This document shows, in pieces, positions 12,860 through 22,605 of a DNA stretch of 64,000 bases. Location: the NCBI GenBank assembly GCA_001784435.1, contig MFQZ01000008.1:23347-87346 (forward strand), given 5' to 3'. The position numbers and the translations under genes are program-made. Each line of letters starts with the position of its first letter. Position 1 is the first letter of the stretch. A model generated the notes under the pieces. The model worked only from the letters and a program-made list of their open reading frames with translations, did not search any database and had not been told where the DNA came from. Origin of the DNA: Candidatus Magasanikbacteria bacterium RIFOXYC2_FULL_42_28 (lineage in GTDB: Bacteria; Patescibacteriota; Patescibacteriia; Magasanikbacterales; GWA2-37-8).

Positions 12860-13663
12860 TCAATCTGGTTGCCAGAAACAATACGGAGAATAATATCCAC
12901 ACATATCTTGCGTATCGGCTTCGGCACAAAGATCAGTTATGGAAAACCTCGTTTGCCCACCAGGTACTCCTTGACCATTTTCCATACTGCATGCTCCATC
13001 ACACACGCCAGCCACATCCTGATCCCTTTGTAAATTACAAAACGACGTACAAAATTGATCCGGCGAAATGTCGCCACCCATACATTTCCCTGGTACTTCG
13101 TCTAATATGTCTCCCCCTCCTTCTTTCCAATCACAATATGTGGTCTCTGCCAAGCATTGCTCTTCATCTTTATCGCCACACTGGGCTTGTTGAACCGCCA
13201 ACTGCTGTTCCGCAGTCATAACATCGGTATATTTTGGTGTGCATCCGACTTCGCCATGTCCTCCACTACCCCCCCCCGCCAACTTCCCAATCACCCAATT
13301 CCCCACGCCCAAAGAGACAAAAATTATCGCCATACCAATTAACGCCGCCTGAATTATATCTTGCGCTTTGGTGATATCTTCTTGGTTGCCGCGCGCGATT
13401 AACCACCGTCCACCACCATAAAGCATTAAGCCAAACAACGCCACCCCAATCATCGCCAAAACAATACCCAAGACCTGGCCAACCAAAGACAATAAATCCG
13501 CCCACTGGCCTACGTTAGGCTCCTTAGCATCAGCAATATACCCGGCTTTTGCTCCGCTATCAGACAATCCGTAATCTGCGGTCGTGGCCTTAGTCGCAAT
13601 AACAAAAAACGAAAACACGCCCAAAGCGACAACAAATAATAAAATAATAATTTTGAATTTCAT
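12860..13663 (-). CDS. CPR TrbC/VirB2-like pilin with Cys-rich C-terminal domain
   Basis: Signal peptide, two TM helices around YGGGRWLIARGNQEDITKAQ, Gly linker, Cys-rich tail; start taken at MKFKII. Confidence 0.75.
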   Translation of the reverse strand: MKFKIIILLFVVALGVFSFFVIATKATTADYGLSDSGAKAGYIADAKEPNVGQWADLLSLVGQVLGIVLAMIGVALFGLMLYGGGRWLIARGNQEDITKAQDIIQAALIGMAIIFVSLGVGNWVIGKLAGGGSGGHGEVGCTPKYTDVMTAEQQLAVQQAQCGDKDEEQCLAETTYCDWKEGGGDILDEVPGKCMGGDISPDQFCTSFCNLQRDQDVAGVCDGACSMENGQGVPGGQTRFSITDLCAEADTQDMCGYYSPYCFWQPD

Positions 13664-13745
13664 AAATTTTATAGTGTTATTTAGCATTGTTATTATACCA
13701 CACCTTGATTTTTTCTTCAAAATCAGGTAAAATCGCTTTAGTTAT

Positions 13746-13817
13746 GACCCTGTAGTTCAATGGATAGAACAATAGCCTTCTAAGCTGTGGATCTTGGTTC
13801 GATTCCAAGCGGGGTCA
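13746..13817 (+). tRNA. tRNA-Arg(TCT)
   Basis: GACCCTG..CGGGGTC acceptor stem, loop CTTCTAA, GGTTCGATTCC; CCA not encoded. Confidence 0.93.
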
Positions 13818-13824
13818 CACGCCA

Positions 13825-13966
13825 AATTTCAAAATCCAAATTTCCAATGTCAAATCAATATCAAAGCCAAAATGTCAAACCAAACCAGGTAATACAGTTG
13901 GTATTGATTTTTTGTAAATAACCTGTTATAATCGTTTGGAAATTGGATATTGGAAATTTGAAATTC
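13825..13966. repeat. Heptamer-based inverted repeat element (CAAATTT/CCAATGT/TTGGAAA units)
   Basis: Same unit family recurs at about 33947, 34590, 38635, 39680, 41890, 43885, 47445 and 62230. Confidence 0.7.
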
Positions 13967-13990
13967 CCCCGACTAAGTCGGGGGCTACAC

Positions 13991-14066
13991 GGTGCCTATA
14001 GTGTAATGGTTAGCACGAGAGATTGTGGATCTCTCAGAATGGGTTCAAATCCCATTAGGCACCCCA
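13991..14066 (+). tRNA. tRNA-His(GTG), integration target
   Basis: Encoded G-1, GTGCCTA/TAGGCAC stem, loop TTGTGGA, C73 and CCA. Confidence 0.95.
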
Positions 14067-15734
14067 AACGGTATCTAATATAACCGAGTTCGGTTGATTG
14101 GATATCATTGCAGGAATCTCGGCAATTTGTCGGGATTTTTGCGTTTTAGGGGCAATCTTGGATTTTGATTTGCCAGCTATGAATGGTGTGAATTCTACGG
14201 CCAAGTCGGTTATTATTCTCGGACCGGTAATTTCTTTGTATTTCTTGGTAAAAACCATATCCTCAGCTTGCATCAGTCCTCTTATGATCGGTGATGGTAT
14301 TACGGTTTGGATTTTTTTGTCGGCTACCTCAAATCTTTCCCAGTAAAGCCCAAGGAATAATCGTTTCATTTCGTCCGGAGATTTAGTATAGGCTTCGTAA
14401 GCGTTGCGGACAAACAAGAGCATATCTTGCAGTTCATCGATCCTCATATTGAGTTTTTTATCTTGGACGTACAGTTCGTCTTGCAACAGCCCAAGCTGTT
14501 CTTTAATTTTCACTTTTATTCTGGTGAAGTCGTCATCGGTAATAAGTCCGGCAAATAGTTTTTCCTCGGCGGTGTCCCGTTTCTTTTCAAACATCATCTT
14601 TTGAGTATTCAAGCCTCGTTTGTCTTTATTGATCACTTCTTTGCGACCGCTGTAAATCTTTTCAATCTTGGTCACCAGTCTGTCGGTAAAATTGGGAGTA
14701 AATTCTATATACTTGAACAAGTTAGCAACTTGCTGTTCTATATCCCAGACTTCCACATATTTGTCTTGGCATTTAATCTGATCGCCAGACCGGTTGCAGT
14801 GATAATATGATTTATTTTTCTTAGGATGATGTTCGGCGGTGTATCTTTGTCCGCAGTTGGCACAAAAGGTTAGACCTCGCAGAATGAAATTGAATTTTTG
14901 CCGTCGGCAGGCATATCTATTGTGTTCGGCCATAACCAACTGGACTCGTTCCCACAAATCTTTATCTATAAGTGGTTTATGTTTTCCGGTGTTAACTAAT
15001 CCTCGCCACCTCATCTCACCATAATAAAAAGGATTTTTTAGTATCTCGATCATCTTACTGTGAGCCAATCGTTTATCGGCGTGTGTTCTAAAACCTTTTT
15101 TGTATAAAGCATCGCGAACTTCAAAGACTGAATAATCGCCAGTCACATACATTTTGAATGCTTCTTGAATAAGCGGTGCCCGTTCCTCATCTACAATAAT
15201 AATTCTTTTTTTCTCATCGTCCGGCTCGCCAGCATTTAAATAGCCGACAGCCACACCGGTCGGCCACCAACCCTCCCAGAATTTTAGCTCAAGACTTTTC
15301 AAAGTTTTTCTCGAAGTGATTTGGGATTGGAGTTGGTTCACACCGGCAATAACCAAGTCCATAAAGTTTCCCTCGGGGCTATCGGTAATGCCAGGTTGGG
15401 AGACAGAGAACAGTTCAACATCATGCTTTTTCATGATCGCTTTGATCTGCATGTGATCAAGAGCGTTTCTGGCTAGTCGGTCAGTGTCTTGAATAAAAAC
15501 CGCCCTGATTGTTTTGTCGTCTTGGATTTTAAGTAACATGTCTTGTAGACCGGGACGATTCATATTAGTGGCTGATCGTCCGGGGTCTTCAAAAACACCG
15601 TCATCTATCAGTTTGAATTTGTTACTTTCCTCGATCGCTCGTTTGCAGAGCTTGAGCTGAGTCGCAAGCGAGTGGTGGCCGTCCTCGGCCTGTTCCTCGG
15701 TTGAGACTCGGCAGTAAATTAATGCATGTTCCAT
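14055..15734 (-). CDS. Large serine recombinase (integrase)
   Basis: Catalytic YCRVSTEEQ, DRLARN, recombinase domain, Zn ribbon CANC..YYHC..C, coiled coil; stop codon lies inside tRNA-His. Confidence 0.93.
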   Translation of the reverse strand: MEHALIYCRVSTEEQAEDGHHSLATQLKLCKRAIEESNKFKLIDDGVFEDPGRSATNMNRPGLQDMLLKIQDDKTIRAVFIQDTDRLARNALDHMQIKAIMKKHDVELFSVSQPGITDSPEGNFMDLVIAGVNQLQSQITSRKTLKSLELKFWEGWWPTGVAVGYLNAGEPDDEKKRIIIVDEERAPLIQEAFKMYVTGDYSVFEVRDALYKKGFRTHADKRLAHSKMIEILKNPFYYGEMRWRGLVNTGKHKPLIDKDLWERVQLVMAEHNRYACRRQKFNFILRGLTFCANCGQRYTAEHHPKKNKSYYHCNRSGDQIKCQDKYVEVWDIEQQVANLFKYIEFTPNFTDRLVTKIEKIYSGRKEVINKDKRGLNTQKMMFEKKRDTAEEKLFAGLITDDDFTRIKVKIKEQLGLLQDELYVQDKKLNMRIDELQDMLLFVRNAYEAYTKSPDEMKRLFLGLYWERFEVADKKIQTVIPSPIIRGLMQAEDMVFTKKYKEITGPRIITDLAVEFTPFIAGKSKSKIAPKTQKSRQIAEIPAMISNQPNSVILDTVWGA

Positions 15735-15818
15735 ATTATTTTCATTTTAATTTTGGCTAATAATTTTAGGCTTAGCTTTCAAACACAACATACGCTATTT
15801 TTGGCAACAAGCTAAGCG

Positions 15819-16253
15819 TTAGTTGCCCACAGGCTTTTTATTCTTGTATTTCTCTAAAATTTCCTCTATTTGACGACTACCTCTTTTGTATTCTTCGTCA
15901 TTACAATCATCATCTCTGCCTCCAGCCGGACCTCGGACAAAATCAAGAATGGTTTTGGCCGCTCGGAATTTCATGGCATCGCTTTTGGCGCCCATAAGAC
16001 TAACTAACATTTTGGATGCGGTCTCGGCGTGTTTCATTAGGACGGTATCGGTCTCTTTATCACGAACTTTATTTCTTTCTTTTTCGTATCGTTCGTACTC
16101 ATCCTTAAGTAAACCGTCTGACCGAAACCATCTCTTTACAGTAACGTGAGAGACTTTTAGCAGTTGGGCAATCTCTGAATAAGTAAAATCGCCGTATTTT
16201 AAGCGGATTGCATTCTGGTATTTTTCATTTTTTATGTCTACATTTTTTGCCAT
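15819..16253 (-). CDS. HTH DNA-binding protein (terminase-small-subunit-like architecture)
   Basis: TYSEIAQLLKVSHVTVKRW HTH; FRAAKTILD helix. Confidence 0.55.
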   Translation of the reverse strand: MAKNVDIKNEKYQNAIRLKYGDFTYSEIAQLLKVSHVTVKRWFRSDGLLKDEYERYEKERNKVRDKETDTVLMKHAETASKMLVSLMGAKSDAMKFRAAKTILDFVRGPAGGRDDDCNDEEYKRGSRQIEEILEKYKNKKPVGN

Positions 16254-16274
16254 TTGGGTATCATTTAGTATCTT

Positions 16275-17048
16275 TTAAAGGGTTAATAATTTATTGAAAT
16301 ATGCACCTCTATGCCGGATTTTGTCGCTTGGTTGATCCATTACAGACCGGTAGGCTTCCTCAATTCTTGCTAGTCCGTATTTCTTGAGAGATGATAAAAT
16401 AAAAGTCATATCTTTTTCTCCCAGCTCTTTGGCGATCTCCCAACATTTCTGTTCCTCATAAGACTTGGGAGTGAATTCTCTTACGGGTCGACCACGATTC
16501 GATCGGTTGTTTTTATTTTCTTTTTCGTTGTCGTTCTTGGAACTTCTGCCAAGCGAGCTTTCCGAACCGAAAGAAAACCTATCTACTAAAGCGTTTTTGT
16601 CACTTTCCAACTTCTGCCGAACGTCACTGACTTCTGTCGGTGCTTCTGCTGGTAATTGTGTATCAGTACCACCCTCACTTCTGCCATACTTCTGTTTGCT
16701 ACGGGTTTCAAGGTCTACAAAACCGCCATTTGATAAGGGGTAACGGGAGATATCAACATGGAACGAACTTCTGCGACCTTGCTGTATGGCAAACCATACC
16801 CACTTCTTACGCTTCAGGTTCAGCATCAGCCGATTGATGTGATTCTTGGAATACTTTTCTTTGAAGTCCTTGGAAAGTCCTGCGTAGCTGACATGAGCTT
16901 TTCCCATTCGTGGGTTGGCAGTGATCCATAACCAGACGAGGACCGAGTATTCCTCAAAACTCAAATAGCCGTCCACAAGGGCGGTCTTGATGCTTCGGGG
17001 AAGCTTTACGTAATCATTGTTATCTATTTCGAATGGCAAATTTTCCAT
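16275..17048 (-). CDS. Putative replication initiator (N-terminal wHTH, C-terminal helical domain)
   Basis: YVKLPR..LSFEEYSVLVWL, low-complexity linker, C-terminal IRHRGAYF. Confidence 0.5.
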   Translation of the reverse strand: MENLPFEIDNNDYVKLPRSIKTALVDGYLSFEEYSVLVWLWITANPRMGKAHVSYAGLSKDFKEKYSKNHINRLMLNLKRKKWVWFAIQQGRRSSFHVDISRYPLSNGGFVDLETRSKQKYGRSEGGTDTQLPAEAPTEVSDVRQKLESDKNALVDRFSFGSESSLGRSSKNDNEKENKNNRSNRGRPVREFTPKSYEEQKCWEIAKELGEKDMTFILSSLKKYGLARIEEAYRSVMDQPSDKIRHRGAYFNKLLTL

Positions 17049-17067
17049 ATTTCATATTCAATTATTT

Positions 17068-17331
17068 TCAACTGATAGCGTCGTTATACATCAGTGATTT
17101 CAGCTCTTTGATCGCCAAGACAAATTCCTTGGCGTTCACGTCGGTATAACCTAAAAAATAACCCTCCACGAATTGGGGTCGTCCTGGTTGGTCAACAAAG
17201 ACAAAACGAAACCGGCGAGCATCGGTTTTATTTATACCAACAAGTTGGTATTTGTAGGCGAGCAAAAAAGCGGCCACATAGAAGTCGCTGGTAATAAAAT
17301 TATTGTCGGGTGTTTGGTTTTTCATATTCAT
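17068..17331 (-). CDS. Small DUF5659-like protein
   Basis: FITSDFYVAAFLLA..RFRFVF..AIKELKSL pattern typical of mobile-element small proteins. Confidence 0.55.
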   Translation of the reverse strand: MNMKNQTPDNNFITSDFYVAAFLLAYKYQLVGINKTDARRFRFVFVDQPGRPQFVEGYFLGYTDVNAKEFVLAIKELKSLMYNDAIS

Positions 17332-17482
17332 TTTGATTATTAGATTGTTTTTCTTTCTCTTTTTGCTCGTAGCGATAATCCAAAAGTCGGACAATCAGAT
17401 CGGCTAATCTGTCCATGAAAATTTCCTCCATTTGAGCTGGGGTGAGGGGTGGTATTTTCTTTGTGATTATTGGCTTCGGCAT
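17300..17482 (-). CDS. Small hypothetical protein
   Basis: 60-aa ORF co-oriented and overlapping within the element operon. Confidence 0.4.
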   Translation of the reverse strand: MPKPIITKKIPPLTPAQMEEIFMDRLADLIVRLLDYRYEQKEKEKQSNNQNEYEKPNTRQ

Positions 17483-17565
17483 ATTGTTTGCCGGCCCGCA
17501 AATAAAAAAGCAGACCGTTTTCTTTCAGTCTGCTCTTTGCTGTCCGAATCAGGTCGGACTCCACC

Positions 17566-18162
17566 TTATCCAGCTTTGTAATCAATAAATATGCGCCTAA
17601 CTTTCCATTTCAAAAGCTTGTCTATCTCCAGCTTATGCTTCACTTTTTTATTTATCGCTCGCATAGCGTCATAGACACTGTCTTTGCTGTCTTTTGCCCA
17701 GTCCATTAAATCTAAAAAGTCTATTTCTTTGACCAGTGTGCCAAACGGGACTGCGAAAATAGTTTTGCATAGGAAGTATTGGTTGGTGTTAATCGGAATA
17801 GGGCAGGTTTTTCCTCCCATGTTTATTATTCCGGTTTTCTCATCAAACCTGATCTTAGTATCCACCGGCTTTTCCAGTTTTGGTTCAGGCTTGTCTTTCA
17901 GTTTGAAATAATAATCATTGAGCATGGACCGGCTCGGCTTAGAAACTACAAAGTCGCCGTCATCCAGTTTAAAGCTGGCAATAATCTTTTTCTTTTTCAG
18001 CTCGGTCATGACCGCCTTCTGTTCGGAAACATCCAGATCAGATATCGGGGAATTAAAATACACTTTTGCTGGTATTTTATGTGTGACGTCCGTGTAGGAT
18101 TCCACGCTCCCCAGCAGGGCATAAATAAAAACTAACTTTGCATTTTCATTTTTCATATTCAT
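17566..18162 (-). CDS. Hypothetical protein with C-terminal winged-helix-like domain
   Basis: SVYDAMRAINKKV resembles an OmpR-type recognition helix. Confidence 0.5.
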   Translation of the reverse strand: MNMKNENAKLVFIYALLGSVESYTDVTHKIPAKVYFNSPISDLDVSEQKAVMTELKKKKIIASFKLDDGDFVVSKPSRSMLNDYYFKLKDKPEPKLEKPVDTKIRFDEKTGIINMGGKTCPIPINTNQYFLCKTIFAVPFGTLVKEIDFLDLMDWAKDSKDSVYDAMRAINKKVKHKLEIDKLLKWKVRRIFIDYKAG

Positions 18163-18512
18163 ATTCGTTAACGCCTCAACGAAAAGAGCTCGTGATCAAT
18201 TACCACAAAAAGTGATAACAATCACGAGCCCTTGAGCACGGAATACCATTCAGGTCGCCCCTTGAGGCGAAATTATTAAATTGTTGATTTTATTATAGCA
18301 CTGCTCAAAATTTCTCGGAAGTGTGTAAGGTGTTCGTTTTTCCGATATGAGACACTTTTGTCATATTGCTGAAACGGGGAGGATTGCTTGCTTTTATGGT
18401 CAAACTCGGTATATAATCTAGTGAATAGGAAGCAATATATGGTCTCCATTCACTAAATATTGACTTTTAAGTCGAAATCGCTTATACTAACCTTATAATT
18501 TTAACAAAACAT

Positions 18513-19415
18513 ATGGCTATAACAAAACCTATAAAAGACAGGCTTACAGCTCTAAAAAGCGAATATGACACCCTCCGCAAAGGCAAGGAGTCTCTTTTGG
18601 TGATGATTGACGAGGCCGAAGTGCCAGAAAGCGTCTATAACTCCAACGCTATTGAAAACTCCACCCTTACCCTCAAGGAAACTGAGAAGATCCTTTTGGA
18701 TATGGAGGTCTCCCGTGATGTTTCGTTGCGTGAAGTTTATGAGGCCAAAAACTTGGCTCGAGTTATCGGCTACATTCGCAACAAGAGTAAAGAAACGGAA
18801 ACTAACAAAGAGACAATCTTACTTTTGCATCAAATGCTTATCGGTGGCATCGACGACAAAATTGCCGGTCGTTTTAGAAAGCTCGGAGAATACGTCCGTG
18901 TTGGGACCCACGTTGCCCCAGCACCGGAACATGTTGAGAAAATGATTGAGGCAATCATCACTGAATACACCGGCGACCTCTCAAATTATTTCTTAGACAA
19001 GATCGCTAAATTCCATTTGGATTTTGAAACCGTTCACCCTTTCAACGATGGCAACGGCCGTATTGGTCGCGTGCTCATTTGTTTTCAGCTTCAGCGTCTT
19101 GGCTTTCCGATAATCATCATTCGTGATCGTGAAAAGAAAGAATACTATAAGTCATTTGCCGAATACCGTGATGAAAAAAACGCCAAAAATATGGAAAAGG
19201 TTATCGCCTTGGCTTTGATGGAATCATTGAGTAAGAGGATTACTTATCTCAAAGGTCAAAAGGTTATCACTTTGTCCGAGTATACAAAATTAAACAAACT
19301 ATCTGCCCCGGGCATGATTAACGCCGCTCGCCGTCAAAATATTCCGGCTTTCCGAGAGAAAGGTGTTTGGAAAATCGGCGAGGATTTTATTTATAACTCT
19401 CGCAAAGAAAAATAA
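18513..19415 (+). CDS. Fic-domain protein with C-terminal DNA-binding-like tail
   Basis: HPFNDGNGRIGR; SNAIEN inhibitory-helix-like motif. Confidence 0.9.
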   Translation: MAITKPIKDRLTALKSEYDTLRKGKESLLVMIDEAEVPESVYNSNAIENSTLTLKETEKILLDMEVSRDVSLREVYEAKNLARVIGYIRNKSKETETNKETILLLHQMLIGGIDDKIAGRFRKLGEYVRVGTHVAPAPEHVEKMIEAIITEYTGDLSNYFLDKIAKFHLDFETVHPFNDGNGRIGRVLICFQLQRLGFPIIIIRDREKKEYYKSFAEYRDEKNAKNMEKVIALALMESLSKRITYLKGQKVITLSEYTKLNKLSAPGMINAARRQNIPAFREKGVWKIGEDFIYNSRKEK

Positions 19416-19420
19416 AATAT

Positions 19421-21850
19421 ATGGCAATTAAAAAATCACAACTCTATAGCTCTATCTGGCAAGGATGCGACGAACTCCGTGGTGGTATGGATGCATCCCA
19501 GTATAAGGATTACGTCCTCGTGCTTTTGTTCGTTCGCTATGTCTCGGATAAATATGCCGGTAAGGCCAATCAGCTCGTAGACATTCCGGCTGGTGGCAGT
19601 TTTTCTGATTTGATAAAACTCAAAGGTAAACCGGATATCGGTGACGGGATCAATAAAGTTTTGAATAAGCTGGCCGAGGCCAATGGCTTGCAAGGTGTCA
19701 TCGATGCTGTTGATTTTAACGACGAAGACAAGCTTGGCAAAGGCAAGGACATGCAGGACCGCCTTTCCAATCTTATCGCTATCTTTGAAAATCCTGATTT
19801 AGATTTCAGCAAGAATCGTGCCGAAGGTGATGACCTCTTGGGCGATGCTTACGAATACTTGATGAAGCATTTCGCTGTTGAATCAGGAAAAAGCAAAGGA
19901 CAATTTTATACTCCGGCCGAAGTTTCTCGCATTATGGCCAAAGTGATTGAAGCTAACAAAGCCGACACCGGTATGCACACGGTTTACGATCCGACCTGCG
20001 GTTCCGGTTCACTTCTTTTGAAAGTCGCCGAGGAAGCTCAAAAAATTACAATCTACGGACAAGAGCTTGATAACGCTACTGCCGGACTCGCAACTCTTAA
20101 CATGTGGCTTCATGGCAAGCCCGAGGCTGAAATTAAGAAAGGTCAGAGCACGCTTTCTACTCCGCTTTTCACCGAACATAGTGCCCTCAAAACTTTTGAC
20201 TATGTCGTGGCCAATCCACCTTTTTCTTATAAGTCTTGGCGTAACGGCTTTGATCCTGATCACGATCAATACGGCCGTTTTGACGGCTTCGGTATTCCTC
20301 CCAAGAAAAATGGCGACTTCGCTTTTCTTTTGCATATTTTAAAGTCGCTCAAGAGTACTGGGACCGGTGCAGTCATTTTGCCTCATGGTGTTTTGTTCCG
20401 TGGCAATGCTGAAGCGGAAATTCGCAAAAATATTATTGAACGAGGATATATCAAAGGTATCATCGGCTTACCGGCCAACCTTTTCTACGGTACCGGCATT
20501 CCGGCGTGTATTATTGTTTTAGATAAAGCCGGAGCTAGTGATCGCAAAGGCATTTTTATGATTGATGCCTCCAAAGGTTTTGTTAAAGACGGTAATAAGA
20601 ATCGTTTGCGTGAGCAGGACATTCGCAAAATCGTGGACACTTGGAACGGCAAATTGGAAACCGCCAAGTTTTCTCGCTTTGTGGCCAATGAGGAGATAAA
20701 GAAAAACGAATATAACCTCAATCTCCCACGCTACATCGATACGCAAGAGCTGGAAGATATCCAAGACATCGAAGCACATCTCAAAGGTGGAATTCCTGAC
20801 GCTGACATTTCTGCTTTGTCCGCATATTGGGATATTTGCCCAACGCTTGAAAAATCTCTTTTCAAAGCCAATGGCCGAAAAGGATACAGCGAATTGCTTA
20901 TCGCTTCGGACGAAATAAAAAAGACTATTCTTACTCATCCGGAGTTTGAAGCTTTTAGAAAACAAACCCTGAATACTTTTGCCAAGTGGCAAAAAGCGTC
21001 AACTGATTTTCTCAAGAATATTGATACTGCCAATCATCCAAAAGCGGTCATTTATAAAATTGCCAGCGACCTGCTTTCAGCTTGTGCCAATCTCAAACTG
21101 GTTGATAAGTATGATATCTATCAGCACCTGATGGCTTATTGGGAAGAAGTGATGCAGGACGATACGCATATTATTACCATTGACGGCTGGAAAGCTGGCA
21201 AGGAAATAATCCGCTTACAAAAAGAAAATAAAGGCAAGAAAAAAGAGATTGAAGGACTTGTCGGTCTTGAAGGTCGCCTTATCCCGATCTCTTTGGCTAT
21301 CAAAACTTATTTTACCAAAGAGCAGAAAGCTCTTGATGATTTGAACGCTACCCTTGAACAGGTCGGCGTTGATATGGATTCGCTCAAAGACGAGCATGGC
21401 GGTGAGGAAGGCTTGCTCGAAGAAGTAATTGATAACGACAAAATCAGCAAGGCCAGTGTGCTTAAACGAATCAAAGAAATCAAAAACAGTGCGGACGATG
21501 TTGACGAGCTTGCTGTACTTGAAAAGTATTCAGCTTTGTTTGAAAAAGAAGCCGACACCAAGAAAGCGATCAAAGACGCCGAGAAAGACTTGGAGAAAAA
21601 AGTGCTGGTTAAATATCCGACTTTTACCGAAGCAGAAATCAAAACTTTGGTGGTTGAGAATAAATGGATGGACGAATTGTCTGCTCGAGTTTTAGGCGAA
21701 ATAGATCGTCTCTCCCAGACTCTCGCCGGCAGAGTTAAAGAATTAGCCGAGCGTTATGCCGAGCCAATGGCGGAAGTCACGAGCGAAGTGGAGACGCTTA
21801 CCAAAAAGGTTGAGGATCATCTCGCTAAGATGGGATTTAAGCTTAAATAA
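19421..21850 (+). CDS. hsdM: Type I RM methyltransferase subunit M
   Basis: GQFYTPAEVS, YDPTCGSGSLL, VANPPF, LPHGVLFRG. Confidence 0.95.
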   Translation: MAIKKSQLYSSIWQGCDELRGGMDASQYKDYVLVLLFVRYVSDKYAGKANQLVDIPAGGSFSDLIKLKGKPDIGDGINKVLNKLAEANGLQGVIDAVDFNDEDKLGKGKDMQDRLSNLIAIFENPDLDFSKNRAEGDDLLGDAYEYLMKHFAVESGKSKGQFYTPAEVSRIMAKVIEANKADTGMHTVYDPTCGSGSLLLKVAEEAQKITIYGQELDNATAGLATLNMWLHGKPEAEIKKGQSTLSTPLFTEHSALKTFDYVVANPPFSYKSWRNGFDPDHDQYGRFDGFGIPPKKNGDFAFLLHILKSLKSTGTGAVILPHGVLFRGNAEAEIRKNIIERGYIKGIIGLPANLFYGTGIPACIIVLDKAGASDRKGIFMIDASKGFVKDGNKNRLREQDIRKIVDTWNGKLETAKFSRFVANEEIKKNEYNLNLPRYIDTQELEDIQDIEAHLKGGIPDADISALSAYWDICPTLEKSLFKANGRKGYSELLIASDEIKKTILTHPEFEAFRKQTLNTFAKWQKASTDFLKNIDTANHPKAVIYKIASDLLSACANLKLVDKYDIYQHLMAYWEEVMQDDTHIITIDGWKAGKEIIRLQKENKGKKKEIEGLVGLEGRLIPISLAIKTYFTKEQKALDDLNATLEQVGVDMDSLKDEHGGEEGLLEEVIDNDKISKASVLKRIKEIKNSADDVDELAVLEKYSALFEKEADTKKAIKDAEKDLEKKVLVKYPTFTEAEIKTLVVENKWMDELSARVLGEIDRLSQTLAGRVKELAERYAEPMAEVTSEVETLTKKVEDHLAKMGFKLK

Positions 21851-21851
21851 T

Positions 21852-22604
21852 ATGGCAAATCTAACCACGAACGAAAAACAAATACTTGAGAAGCTATTCC
21901 AAATGAACGGTGGTTATGTTTTGAATTTCTCCGATAGGACTATGGGTGAATTTTTCAGGGATGATATTGGTATGGATATTTATAGTAAAAAGTATCTGTA
22001 CAGTAGTGGATCAAAGGCTAACCGTTTGAGAGGTTTGTGGTTGAATGGCGACGATAAAGTTGTCGGCAAGAGCGTTGTCAAGTTACTTGAATATGTTGAG
22101 AATCAAATCCTTATAGACAATCTTAAAAAGGAAGATTTTCCGGAGGACAGAATGAAAGCAGGCAAAAATGTTGCCGAGAGATTGTTGGGTAAAAAAACGG
22201 ATAAGAAAGAAAACAAGTCCGAAGCCACATTCAAAAACGGTAACATCAACATTCTTTTGCAGAAAGATATTTTTGACCACGTACAAAAACTTTTAAATGA
22301 CGGGCATTGTTTTAATGCTGTTGAGGAGGCTTACAAGGTTGTTAGAAAAAAATTGAAGGATGTTTCCGGCAAAGAAAAAGCGACTGACGCTTTTAGTGCC
22401 ACAAATTACGACAAGATTTTTGGTCACCAGCCTGTTGATGACGCAGAAAAAGACTTTTTCGAAGGTATTAAGTTTTTGCATATGGCCATCCAATTTTTGA
22501 GAAACGAGAAAGCCCACACACCAGCTCGTGATTTAGATAAGAATTTGGCTATCCATTACATCTCCCTAGCCAGCTTGGCCTACGATCTGATTAACAGGAA
22601 ATAA
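21852..22604 (+). CDS. AbiJ-N-like domain fused to TIGR02391/Ymh-like HEPN domain
   Basis: GGYVLNFSDRT..SKANRLR N-terminus; AVEEAYK..LRNEKAH (RxxxxH). Confidence 0.7.
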   Translation: MANLTTNEKQILEKLFQMNGGYVLNFSDRTMGEFFRDDIGMDIYSKKYLYSSGSKANRLRGLWLNGDDKVVGKSVVKLLEYVENQILIDNLKKEDFPEDRMKAGKNVAERLLGKKTDKKENKSEATFKNGNINILLQKDIFDHVQKLLNDGHCFNAVEEAYKVVRKKLKDVSGKEKATDAFSATNYDKIFGHQPVDDAEKDFFEGIKFLHMAIQFLRNEKAHTPARDLDKNLAIHYISLASLAYDLINRK

Positions 22605-22605
22605 T

